DNA of 64,000 nt from Lama guanicoe (taxonomy: Eukaryota), in assembly GCA_013239625.1 (NCBI GenBank), contig MU054098.1, positions 2,543,104 through 2,607,103 of the forward strand, in the 5' to 3' direction. The notes under the pieces are model-generated. The model was not told the DNA's origin. It was given only the letters and a program-made list of their open reading frames with translations, and made no database searches. Made by a program: the position numbers and the translations under genes. Below are positions 42,585 through 55,985 of the stretch, one piece after another. Positions within the stretch are counted from its first letter, which is position 1; the number at the start of each line of letters is the position of its first letter.

Positions 42585-45500
42585 AAAGAAAAATTAACTT
42601 CCTCCCTCCTCAGGGACCATGCCCACATTTTAAATAGCTGTTGAGCAGTAGTAGTCTACTGCTGGAAGCCAGTGCCAGCTGCCTAGCTTGCCTCAAGGTG
42701 TGTATCCCTGAGAGAAGCAGGCAGGTGGGGCTCAAGAATGGCTTCATGAATGTGACACAGTCTCCTCTCTCAAGCCTTGTCCTCCAATCATATAACCCTT
42801 CTGTCGGATGCCTGCATATGAACTGAGCAACTTTAAAATGTCATTTGGCATGTGTATGGAGCATGACACGAAAATCTTGATTGGCAAAGGGAGGACGCTT
42901 GACATTATTTAACATGAATTCTGCTTCTTGATTTCTGCTCTGGTTTTATTTATACCTTTTTAAAAGGCCTCTTACCTACCACTAGCCGACTGCAGGTCAT
43001 TTTCTTTATTCACGCTTATCCCACACAGCTTTTGAGAATAATGGTCAGAATTATACTTTTATAACTTTTCTTTACACTCGGAGAACAAACTGAGCTTAAT
43101 TTTTATCACTCAAGCTCTTCTAGGCCTAAACGGGGGCTCCTGGTAATATATACCAATTTTTAATTTTATGGCAATGAACATACTTTTCAATTGTATGGCT
43201 ATGAACTACTTAAAATAAAATAGAGGTTCTCAGCTCCTCTTTTTGTTCAATCTGGTTTTATTCTGCTGGCAAATGTGCACCTATCAAGATCAATACACAC
43301 TGGAAAAATTACAAAATAATAAACATTTATTTGTATTGAATCCTATGATAAAGTAGGTGTCAATCTGGTTACCCGGGCCCTCACATGCTCCTATGCCCTG
43401 GTTGGATCACCAAGGTTTCTGCATCTGGGTTCTCAGCCCTTTCCAGAAATCTTTATCAAATTCCCACTAGTCACGTGACAAGCAATGACAAGGAAAACTC
43501 TAAATCACTTTGGCAGCGTCCTCTCTCCAGTAAAGCAATCTATGAGAGAAATTTAATTTAAAAATCACATGATGACCTATAAAAAATGAACAAGAACAAT
43601 GGCTTTCCTAAAGAGCTGCATGTTTTAAGCTCCACCAGAGGGCTACCTGCAAAGCTAATTACACTCACTGGCACATTGGGGTCCACCTCCGTGAAGTCCT
43701 AGAGACACGAGTCCTGGAGACCTTCACTTCTGACATTTTTCCCATCTCCATAATAACCTGTATCTTCTGGTTTACTTGTTTTTCAATTCATTGCCTCATT
43801 TTTACAATTTCTTGGGAAATGCCATAACTGTACAAAGAATGCCCTGACAGAGGACTGGCTCCCTAAAAGCCACCCATAATGTATCCCCTTTCCTACCTTG
43901 GTTTCTCTAACCTCTTCCTTTGTTTCTAATATTCATCCAAACACTCACCTTACTTTTGGAGTCGATGGCCCTGCCATTCATTATAACCGATATTTTGCAA
44001 AGGAAAATGTATGGAATGGTTCACTTAATTCTTTGTGACAATCTAGATTTGAGAAAAATGCCTTTCTAGGTTTCCTACTATTAGACTGTGAAATTATAAA
44101 CTCTCACAACCTGTGGAGTTAGCCATGTATTATCTTTTCATAGACTTAGCTCCTGTCTTTTGAAAAATTAAGAGTGCCCATCTAATGAGAAATCAAGAAT
44201 GGTTTTGTGGACTCCCAAATCTTGAGCAATACTATATAATATTTATCTGGGTTTAAGACAGAACATTAGTTGATGAGGTTAATTAATATCCAATAAAACC
44301 TACAATCTGATATATCTGAATATTCAATGTTGGGGTTGTAGGTTTGTTTGTTGATGTAATAAATCAAATGGTTGGTCTTTTGCTGGTTGAGGGTGAAGTA
44401 GTATAGTGGCTAACAGTATAGGTTTTGGTGCCAAACTGCCTGGGCTTAAGTTCTGGCCACTCTACTTCCTAGCAAAGTGACCTTAGACAAGGCACTTAGC
44501 TTCCCTATGGCTGAGCTTCCTAGGGTATAACATGGGGAGAATTATCATGCCTATAGGGTAGAGCCATGGTGAGGACTAAATAAGATACTCCAGCATGGCG
44601 CCTAGCATAGGGAAAGTGCTCAGTAACCAGTAGCCATTAGTATTATATTTATCTCAGCTAATTTTGGCCATTACTACATACCTTATTTATTTTTACATAT
44701 AATTATTGACCTTTTTAAACATCAGGTGGGTTCTGTGACATTGCCCCAAATAACTTTTGTCCATTTTAGTCTTCCCATCTAAATTATATACACTTTGGTC
44801 TTGAAATCAGCAGAGATGATCCAGCAAATTCTAATTATGATGGTTCTGTTTTTGCCAGAGTCTAGGAAACAAATTATTTCCCATCTGACACCAGTGGCTG
44901 CTCCAAAGTCGCTCACAACCTTGTAGGTATGGCAGAGTGGGCAGCTGGTAATGTGACGTGATTAGATGCTAGTGTTCTTCATTTCTGAGTAATACAGAGA
45001 AATGAAATTTAATTTCCAACAATCCCTTGGACTGCTGAAAAAGATTGAACATTGATTTTTATCTGGCATGTTAGGATGGGGAGGAGGAGACCCAGCAGGT
45101 GGAAAAGAGGTATTGCAATTTCACTAAACCCTGGCATAAGATGGGAGATTCATTTCCAACATGATGCTATCAGGCCAGCTGTGTGAGGAAGTGCCAATTG
45201 GAGAGGTTCAGCCTATGACCAGACGGCATTGTGGGTATGAAAGAGGTGGCTCCTGATAAAGGTCTGCCCATTAATTACAAATGGGGGGTTTAATTTCAGA
45301 AGCCTGTGATAAACTCCAGCAAGGGCGCCTGCCTAAAGCTGGTAACAATAGGATTCAGAAAAATTCCAATTAGCAGATTGGGTCCAGTGATGAGGTTAAT
45401 GGAAATGAATGTATCATTTAGGCCTCTTGAGAACAATAACCTTGAAAAAGCTCTAGCCAGTCTTGGGAGTGGGGAAAGTGGTGTATCATCTGTTCCTCTG

Positions 45501-46154
45501 TTGTGTCCTCTGGCAATGGAATTTAGCTGAACATATGAAGAAGCTGACTTTAGCTCACTCTGTTCACTGTACTGCGAGTGACTCTGTCCTGTGTTCATTA
45601 ATCCAATAGGACCCCAGAATATAATGCTAGCTTTTCAACAGAGAGACCTAGGGCAGATCCAGGAGCAAACTCATTAAGGCCTGAATGCAAAGCCCCAGGG
45701 AGAAGCAGGCGATGTTAACTTCTTTAGTGGCCCTGCCCTAAGACCACATCATTGCAAATGTAAAAATTCAATCAAGTCAGTTCATGCATCAGGTTTCTTT
45801 AAAGAACAGTTGTAGATAATATGAACCAAATCTAATTTCTTGTTGTGTTGGTTTCCTTCCCTGTTCTCCCCCAACACTGCACCCTTTTTTGCCTTTTAAA
45901 AAATATGATTTTTAATGGGAAGCTCAAGATCATTCAGTATAATTTAGGAGTTCAAAGCGAAGGTAAAACTTGATAAGAAAAGAATAAAATTCAATTTTCC
46001 ACCTGACCTCAATCTGAACACAAAATGGCTGTTAAAGGATAATTTAAAAATAAAAAAAGTTAAATCACGATTCTCATACAAATTTGAAGTTAACACAAGT
46101 GGACACATGTCTAAGATTTTATTTAACTCATTAATTAGTGTGGAAACCAGGAGG

Positions 46155-46357
46155 CCAGAAGTCTGCAAACTATGACCTGCAAGCCAAATCGAGCTTGTCA
46201 CTTGCTTTTGTGAATAAATTTTATGGAGAACATCCACACCCATTCATTTACATATTGCCTTCAGCTGCTTTCTTGCTACAGTGGCAGAGTTGTAAGGTCC
46301 ACAAAGCCTAACTTATTTACCATCTGGCTTTTTACTGAAAAAGTTTGCTAACCCCTG
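46155..46357. mobile_element. MER58A-like hAT MITE
   Basis: gcaaactatgacctgcaagccaaatc...aaaaagtttgctaacccctg. Confidence 0.7.
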
Positions 46358-47214
46358 ATATAAGCCATAGGGAATACTGAAAGAAATGTACAAATAAACG
46401 CAAAGAAATTTGCATATAGATGCACAAATCAATTTCATTTTGCCAGGCAAGAAACAGTTTCATTTACTTTGCAGAGCTGTAAAATAACTCAAAGACGATC
46501 AAAGGCACGGATAATGCAGAAAATATACTAGACCTGGGCTATTAGGCTAATTACATGAACAGAAACTCAAGACTAGGGATCTAGGAAGAAATATTGTTTT
46601 ACAAACTAGGGCACAGGTAGGAACGAAGCTGGTATTCAGAACTATCCAAAAAGAGAAAGAACCCTAATGCAGAGCCTCAGTGATTGGAATTCAGAATGGA
46701 GGAGGCTGAGGTTGGTCACTGGAGTGCTTCCTACCTCAAGCCTCGGTTGCTCTGGAAACTGGACAGGGCTGAGTTCTTGAGGTTTGATCAATGGGCCCAG
46801 CTGTGGGAGCACCAGGGTGGGCAGAGGCTGACCCCATACACCTTCCTGGTTTCAACAATTATTATAGGCTGAAGACTCTCACATATACATTTACAGCCCT
46901 GACCTTTTCCCTTCAACATTCATGCTAGAGTTATAACAATTCCCTGCTACTGTCCCAATAGGTACTCCAAACTCAACATGTCCAAAATTGAACTGTAATT
47001 AAACCTCTTATATTCTAGCTCAGTTGGTGACCCCACCATTCTGTGATACAGAAACCTGACATTTTTCTCCCTCCAGTACTAGCTTATACATCCAATGAAT
47101 GTCTTAAATCTGTTCTTTTCTATCTCTAGAATCATTGTCTAGTTTAAGATCTTGTCATCTTTTCACCTGGACTATTGATATCTTCTTACTAGTCTTACCC
47201 CTCTGAAACTTATC

Positions 47215-47423
47215 CAATGGTGTGCTGGAGTGGGCTTTCACCAGCTGGTAAGAACTGGTTGTGTGCTTTTCTTCCCAACTCTGTGTTCCCTGATGTCATA
47301 TTGGTAGCTTGAAATTGGCCACAGTAGGAGTATTTACACCACAGAAATTGGCAAACACTACAAATCCAGATTTTTTTTTAAATGGAAAGCTGCTTGTTAA
47401 ACATTTATCAGCACATTTGCCAC
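47215..47423. mobile_element. MER63-like hAT-Blackjack MITE; a related, oppositely oriented copy lies at about 2960-3392
   Basis: ccaatggtgtgctggag...ggtagcttgaaattggccacagtaggagtatttacaccacagaaattggcaaac...gttaaacatttatcagcaca. Confidence 0.65.
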
Positions 47424-50400
47424 TGCCAATTCCCCACAGTATGGCCAAACTGATCTTTGTAAAACACTTATTCAACCATGCCACTCTCCTGATTAAAACT
47501 TCAGTGGCTCCCTATGACCAATAGATCACATTAAGTTCTTTCTCATGGCATCCAAGGACTTTCATCATCTGACCCCTGTCTAAATGTCCAGCTTCCTCTC
47601 CCCTCCCTCTTTAGTCTCACAACTTACATGCTAGCTTAAAAGTCACAAACTGGTTCACTCAAGCCTAAATTGCCTCATATACACATTTTGTTTGGCCTGC
47701 ACTCTATCTTTAACTTGTCTGAGCCAACATTTAAGACTTTAAGAAATTCTATCCCCAAATCCAGATTTCTGACTTCTCTTGAAAAATTACAACACTGCGT
47801 CCTCATTTATGCTTATAACAGTTTTATAACAACAAGGAACTGAGCAGCAGATGCCCTCTTTGAGACAGTATGTGCTCAGCTGTTCACCAGTTCATACCAT
47901 TCACTCATCCAAATTATGCATATGCATCCCCACTTCACTTTTATTTCTGTTACCTGTTGTCCGTTTGGCCCCTTTGTTGACACAAAGTTCTGATTATTAA
48001 CAGAAACCTCTGACCCTTCTTACAGAATCTCTCTCTCTTTAGTGTGGCTGTCCTGATGAGAGTCCATGGTCCCTGCATAGTCTAGGAAAGGAAGAGCAGC
48101 AGGATGAGAAGAAGCAGCAGAGGGGGGAAGAGTAGAAATCTATAGTTTTGGGATCAGAGTCTCCATCTTGAAGCAACAGAATTGTGGAAATGACAAGCAG
48201 GGACTGTCCTAGGTTTTGGTGACCTCGGGGTATTCCCTCTAGAGCCTGTCTGCTAACTTTCCTTAGAGACTTAGAATGTCTGCTTTCTCAGCCAGACCTG
48301 GAAAAGAAAGACCCAAGGACATTAGCTCACATTGACTCCAATTGTGGGAGCTAGGTTTGTAAACAAGAGTCAGTTTCTCAATTTGAGAATAAGAAACAAT
48401 TCCTTTTTGCTGAGTGCCTGCTGTGTGTCTAGCACTATGCTAGATGCTATGGGGAAAACAAGAGCAGACTAAGACAGCTTTGCCTTCAAAGAGCTCACAA
48501 CCTTATTGGGGAAGAAAGAAATACATCTGTGAAGTAGTTAGAGAATAATATAAGGCTGCATCAGAAGAGGGAGATTTTGGATGTAACCTAGTGCCCACAA
48601 CATCTGGGCAGGCAGTAAGGGATGGGGTCGAATTAAGAGAAGGAGCTATGGAAGAAGCCAGGGCTTACAATGGACCTTCACTGCTAGAGAAATAGAGATT
48701 ATTCCACATGGGGGTGGGGGGTCCCATGAAGATATACATACAGAGAGCAATGAACCAGGTGGGTGTGGCAATCTGTGAATGAGAAAGCTGACTGGAGGAC
48801 CAAAGGCAGCCTGGGTGGGAGAACATGGTTGGCCACTTTAGACCAGTTTCTTTTGAGAAGATTTCCTCTCTGGTGTCATGTACCCAGAAAGATAAATGGA
48901 GACTCAGAGGCTCTTTGTTGAGCATCAAGTCAAAGACAACAGAACCAAATGGCTCCAGAAAGCATCTCATTTTCTAGGCATAGACAGCAAACTTTCAGCC
49001 CCATGACACAAGAGGGGCTCAACAACAGCCACAAGTAGCACTGTGCACCTTGGACAGGCCTGTCAGCATTGACATAGAGGGAAAGAAAGAAAAAAGAGTA
49101 AGAAAAGTAGAAAGAAAGAGCAAGGAACTGGGAAGAGAGAGTGGACAGGAAGAGCGTCATGGCAGGGAGCAGGCAGGTACCTCCAGTCTAACCCAGGGAA
49201 TCCTGTGCTGCAGGCCATCTTTCCTCCACCCTCTCCTACCTCCTCTAGGTCATGACAGAGGTTAAGAGATGCCCCCAGCAGATTCCCAGATCTGAGCTCC
49301 TTTCTTCCTAGGCAGACATCACTCACTTGCCATCTCTCCCAACTGCAGGCTTTCTCCCAGTTGTTGTGTTAATGTTCATTACCAGGCCCACTCAGACCTA
49401 CTTCTTCCCTAGCCTGGAGGCTTATGTTAATTTCTGAGATTATTCTTTCCTGTGTCCAATTTACTTTATGAGCCAGTAGCTCACTTCCTGCTGTCTTGTT
49501 TGTAGCTGCTCCCTCTAAATGTTTAACAGTGTTTACTTGATGCTCCAGCCAAGCAGTTGATGACCGATGTGCAGCCAACTCTCAACTACTCAGAGGCTGA
49601 TGCAGTCATCCCATGAAGGAAATACATTTCTTGCAAACTTCTCCACCTCTTTCCCCTCCACCTTTCTGCCATTCCCTGTTTTCTGACCACTTCCCTGTTT
49701 GGGAATCCTTCATCCAAGGTGGGAAGGAGGAAAGATAATGAAAACTGTAACTCATCCTTCTGTCAGTTCGCCAGCAACTGTGGGCTTCCAAAATAATTTT
49801 GAAGAGTAAAAAGACACTATCAATTAGAACAATATTTGTCTATTCTGTGAGAATCTCCATTATTCATGCTCTGGTCTCCTCAGTTAAAATGAGTATTTGG
49901 AACTGTTTCTTTTAAATGTATTAAGATCAATATTTCACAGTCTCCTGGAATCCTATCAATGCTTTGAATCCCCAGTTCCACATCTCCATGAAGATTCGTC
50001 TGACTATTCCAGTCCTCCTCATTCTCTAGCTCCAGATTCTATCACACTGAGACTCTCATGTTGGGTCTAGTGTGCTGCCTTGGCTTTCCTATTAGACTAA
50101 GAACAGACTGGGTCCCAAAAGACACATTTCAAAATTGAAAGTTTTTAATTCACTGATCAGGTTCTGCACATTTCCCCAGAATTATATGCTCCTGAATACA
50201 CAAAGAACCCCACACCTTTCACCTATAGCTGCCATTTACACCAAGCATCACATCATGGACATACCAATTTTATCAAAGGTCTTTTTTTCTACTGGCAACT
50301 TCTCCCCCAAGCCTAGCGGTCCTCATTTACAGAGTAATTTTTCCTGACAATAACAGATTCTCTCTACCTTGCTGGGATCTATAGGAAGTTGGAGGAACAC

Positions 50401-51009
50401 TGTCTAGCCTTGGTTTTTGGTCCCCTGAAGTTCCACCTACATACAAAGTCAGGGCACAATTTGGGAGTGTCTTCTCCTCAACTCCCAGGGCTTGATTTAG
50501 TGGCATGGTCTTTGAGATTACTGGTTGCCTTTAGCCTTTCAAACAAATATTCCTGCAGTCTCAACTGCTCATTCAGAACTGAACACATACTACTATGTAC
50601 TCCTACTTACCAATTTTATGTAAGTCTGATCTACCCAAACTCCTGAGAGTCAGGAAAAAAATGTCCTTCACTTCTCTGTACCACACCCATTGTGCCTCAG
50701 ACAGAACCGGGCATGCTGGGTTGTGCACTGTAAGGCCAAGCTCTGGAGCCATACTGCCTGTGTTTGAATCTTGGCTCTGTCCCTAAAACCTGAGTAACCT
50801 TAGGTATGTTCTTTAACCTCTGTGAGCCTCAGCCTCCTCATGTGGAGAGAATACTTACCTGACACAGTTGTTGTGGTGATTAAATGAGTAAATCCATGCA
50901 AAGTGCTGTATGTCTGACCTACAGCAAGCATTTCCCAACTAGCTATTATGATAAGGAGGAGAATTGACAAAAAATTGGTGACTTCAATTCCTGAATCACT
51001 AACATTTGA

Positions 51010-51615
<606 letters not shown>

Positions 51616-52804
51616 TGAACTCCTCTATTTTCTGGGAAGCTTAAGACCTCCAGAGTCCAGAACGGCAGAGCAAGAGTCAGCATTTTTCTCCCACTTAGCC
51701 CTCTACCAAACAAATGGTTAGATAGGCCTCAAAAACAGTTAGGTCCATTTAACCAAGGCACATACAACCTCTGCATATTTTTTCTTCATGGCCAGATAAG
51801 TAGGGAAAAATCTGATTCTATGATGGGAAGACACTCATTCATTCAACAAATGCTTATTTGGCACTGTTCTAGGAGTTTGGGATACAGAAAACAAGCATGA
51901 CCCTGCCTTTATGGAGCTTACAAGGTGAACTGTAAGCCAATGGTCACATTAGTGAATATATAATTACCAACTAACCTAAGCTCTCTCAGGAAGCACTTCT
52001 GAGAACACATAAAAAGGACCCTACCCGATATACTGGGGCCATGGCGCTAGTGATCACAGGGGGCTTGCTATCTGGACGCTGGTAGTTGTTGACAGAACTA
52101 AGTCATTGGCAGCCCCTCTGCAGGAAAGCTGAGATATGCATCTAAAAAATAGAGTCACACTCAGGGCGTGTGGTTCTGTAGAAGGCCAGAGCAACATCTG
52201 TGATGGTGTGACTTCAAACCATTAGGGTTCACCTTTTTAAGGGAGGTCAGTTCAAGCAGATCACAGCAGAAGAGGCTTTTGCTGTCCAGCTCGGCTATAT
52301 TTACAGTTTAGCCAGTGCTGTTCTATGCCATCTTATCAAATAATTGTGGGGAGCCTTTCTAACAGGCCTTATTTCAGCTCTTTAAGGAGGAAGCATGGTA
52401 GAAAGAGCAAGGACTTTGGAGCCAGTAAAACTGAGGATGGAAATGGTCTTAAGCTGGATGGCCTGAAGAAAGTCCTTCAAATTTCAGGACTTTAGTTTTC
52501 TCATAAAATGGAGATGACAAAATTTCCTCCACTTCATAGGATTACTATGAAAATAAGTGAGAATATGCTAGTGTACAATGCATGGCCCAGGAAGTACTTT
52601 AATGTCCATTTCTAGCTCTCCTCCAATGCTACCTGGGGTCAGATTCAAACAGGCTGAACCCAGCAGTGCTTGCTGTCTGAAGGGCAACTAGCAGTTCCAT
52701 CCCTTCACAGGTCCAGGCTCTGAGGCAAATCACATACGTGCTCCCCTGCTCCCTTTCTCTCAGACAAGAAAAAAAATACTATGCCCTTTTTTTTACTATC
52801 CCCA

Positions 52805-52886
52805 TTTTTTAAATGGAGTTACTGGGGATTGAACCTAGGACCTCATGTATGCTAAGAATGTGCTCTACCACTGAGCCGTACACCAC
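52805..52886 (-). mobile_element. Vic-1-like tRNA-derived SINE
   Basis: Reverse complement of the same SINE head (ggagttactggggattgaacctaggacctc...ctctaccactgagc). Confidence 0.8.
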
Positions 52887-55174
52887 ATACCATTGAAATA
52901 AGGCAAAAAATGAGTACTGAGGCAACCTCAAAGGGGATAAAACATGACAAAAGAGCAACATGGAGACTGAAAGGACTGTATTGGGGGAAATAGTAAATGG
53001 ATAGACCCACCCCTGAATCTCCTTATCCTGTTTTTGCAACTACTTGCTTTAAGGTATTTCATAAAGCCTGAAATTACTCAACCTCACTTTTCTCTTCTGA
53101 AAAATAGGGATGATAACAGGAGGACTTACCTCCCTGGAGAAACATAACGTTTCAATAAAATAAAGCAAGTAATACATTCATGCATAGGACAAGATTCAGC
53201 ATAAATTAGGCATTTAATAAATATTAGCTGCTATTATTATTCATTTTCATTGTTACACCCAGGGGACCCATGGTGCATGACCTGATTCTGTGTACTAAAG
53301 TTGTAGGTAATAGATATAGCAACAGCCATCCCCTCCCTCAACCTGCTTCCCTCTCGCCACCCTGCTATTGATGTGTAGTAGCTGTTGTGTTAAGTAGTCT
53401 GCTGTAAGGTCTAATTGACTTTTCTTTACTTTCATATGGGTGTATATTCCAATTTCAGTGTGTTTTTCATTTTATATAAATTGTTATACTATAAGGAAAA
53501 AAATCGCAAGTATTTTTAGAATATGAATTGCTTCCAGATGACAAAATGATTAATGGGAATAGAAAGGTTAAAAAATGGGAACATATATTGCATAATATAA
53601 CTAAAGTTTGCATTCCTTACCTCACCAGATAGTAGATAAACTTCATAATTTTAGGCCCTCATCCCCCTAAAAATTGGCAAAGCATTTATTTTCAAACAGT
53701 TTCACTACAATATTTCATCAATTTTGTATTGGTAGATTATCTCCCAACTACTTTATCACTTGACCCCTTCTGCTCATATAACCTTCATTTGCCAATTTTA
53801 GTTACTGTTCCATTTGGAAACCATTGTGATGACTTCCTCACTCTCATGGGAATCTGTTTAGCATATGACCATGAAATCACCCGTGGGTTCTACATTCACT
53901 GCCCTCCAATCCCCATTAATCTCATCATTTTCCCTCATGTTTTAGCCCTTTTACTTTTCTGAAACTTTGTCCCCATGCCCCTTATTTCATAATTTATCTT
54001 ATTACTGTTATTACAGAATACTTCCATGTTCCTATACATTCATACGATATATTTCTCAACTATCATTATACCAACCTCAATGTGGCAAGGGTTATATTTC
54101 TTTTTGCTCTCTCAATTAAGCATCAGAGATTCCAAAATTGTTCTCAGGTTCTATTTGCTGTGTACATTCAAGTGGAAAGGATCATTTGTCTTATTGTGGT
54201 AAAATATACATAACATGAAATTTACCATTTTCACCATTTTTAAAATTTACAGTTCAGTGCCATTAAGTACATTCATGTTGTGAAGTCATGACGACTAGGA
54301 GTCATTTTTTGAAGATGCACAAGTTTTGGGTGTTGAATTCTTCTTTCAATAGTGAGCCCACACACTTAGAGTTTCATATTTTGCAGACTGCATTATTTTT
54401 AATCCATAACACTGGCAAAGCAGCATCTTTTGACTATTAAAATTATAGTATTCAGCCGGAATACAAAGGTAATCCAAAAAGCGCTGTATTTATGCAAAGA
54501 TCAACGATTTTAGGCCTGGTGGCACTCACTCATCATTGGGAATCAAATCAATGAGAACTTTGGGAATATATTAGACTGAACTGTTTCAGTCAGAGCACTT
54601 CAAACTCCAACTCCAGTTTTGCAGTAAATGCAGCAAGGACAGTGAGTGACTCTCAACTTCAATGACAATAATTTCATGGAAAAGAATATACCTTCATAGA
54701 GTCACATAAACTCAAATATGGCCCAAAGTTTAGTCCCATGGCCAGAGACCTCAGAATTATTTTAGGATTTATATATTTAGCTCCACATTTTCCAAGATAA
54801 GTTATCTTAACAATGGCCACAGATAAATTTTAGTTTAGTTTCTCTTAAAACTAAGCTGCATGAATTAGCAGGGCAGGCTTGAGAATTCAGATATACCTTA
54901 AGGTTTGCACTCCAAAGGCACTGCTCCCAAAATTTAAAACATGATTTCTACCCATCAAACTCTATAAATCTCTTCTGAATTGTGGCTTTGTTTCCACTAA
55001 TGAACTATATAATCCTTCCCAGCTTGTGAATTATAGTTTTTTTAAAATGTGTGGTTCCATTGAGTCTCAAATGATTATAGTCTCTAATTGCTCTCTACTC
55101 AAATTCACATGTCTATTTTAAGACCAAACACTCTCACCTCAAACAAATCATCCTTATTTTGGGGGTGTTTTTGT

Positions 55175-55985
55175 CATACTCCCAAACTCATCCTATAAGA
55201 CACTATCACACTGATACCAAAACCAGGCAAAGACACTACCAAAAAAAGAGAATTACAGACCAATATCACTGATGGACATAGATGCAAAAATCCTTACCAA
55301 AATATTAGCAAATAGAATCCAACAGCACATGTAAAAGATTATACATCATGATCAAGTGGGGTTCATCCCAGGGACACAAGGGTGGTTCAACATACACAAA
55401 CCAATGTAATACATCACATCAACAAGAGAAAGGACAAAAAACACATGATCATCTCAATAGATGCAGAAAAAGCATTTGATAAAATTCAACACCCATTTAT
55501 GATAAAAACTCTCACCAAAGTGGTCATAGAGGGAACATATCTCAACATAATAAAAGCTGTATATGACAAACCTACAATGAGCATAGTACTCAACGGTGAA
55601 AAACTCAAAAGCTTCCCACTAAAATCTGGGACAAGACAAGGCTGCCCACTATCATCTCTCCTATTCAACACAGTCTTGGAAGTCCTAGCCACAGCAATCA
55701 GGCAAGAGAGAGAAATAAAAGGGAGCCAAACTGGAAAAGAAGAGGTAAAAGTGTCACTATATGCAGATGACATAATACCATATATAGAAAACCCTAAAAG
55801 GTCCACACAAAAACTACTAGAACTAATCAAGGAATTCAGTAAGGTAGCAGGTTATAAGATTAACGTACAAAAATCAGTTGCATTTCTTTACACTAAAGAT
55901 GAATCAATAGGAAAAGAAAGTAAAGAAACAATCCCCTTTAAAACAGCACCCAAAGTAATAAAATACCTAGGAATAAATCTAATCA
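55175..55985 (+). mobile_element. L1 ORF2 reverse-transcriptase fragment
   Basis: 207-aa ORF with [35 protein letters not shown] and KYLGINL motifs. Confidence 0.95.
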
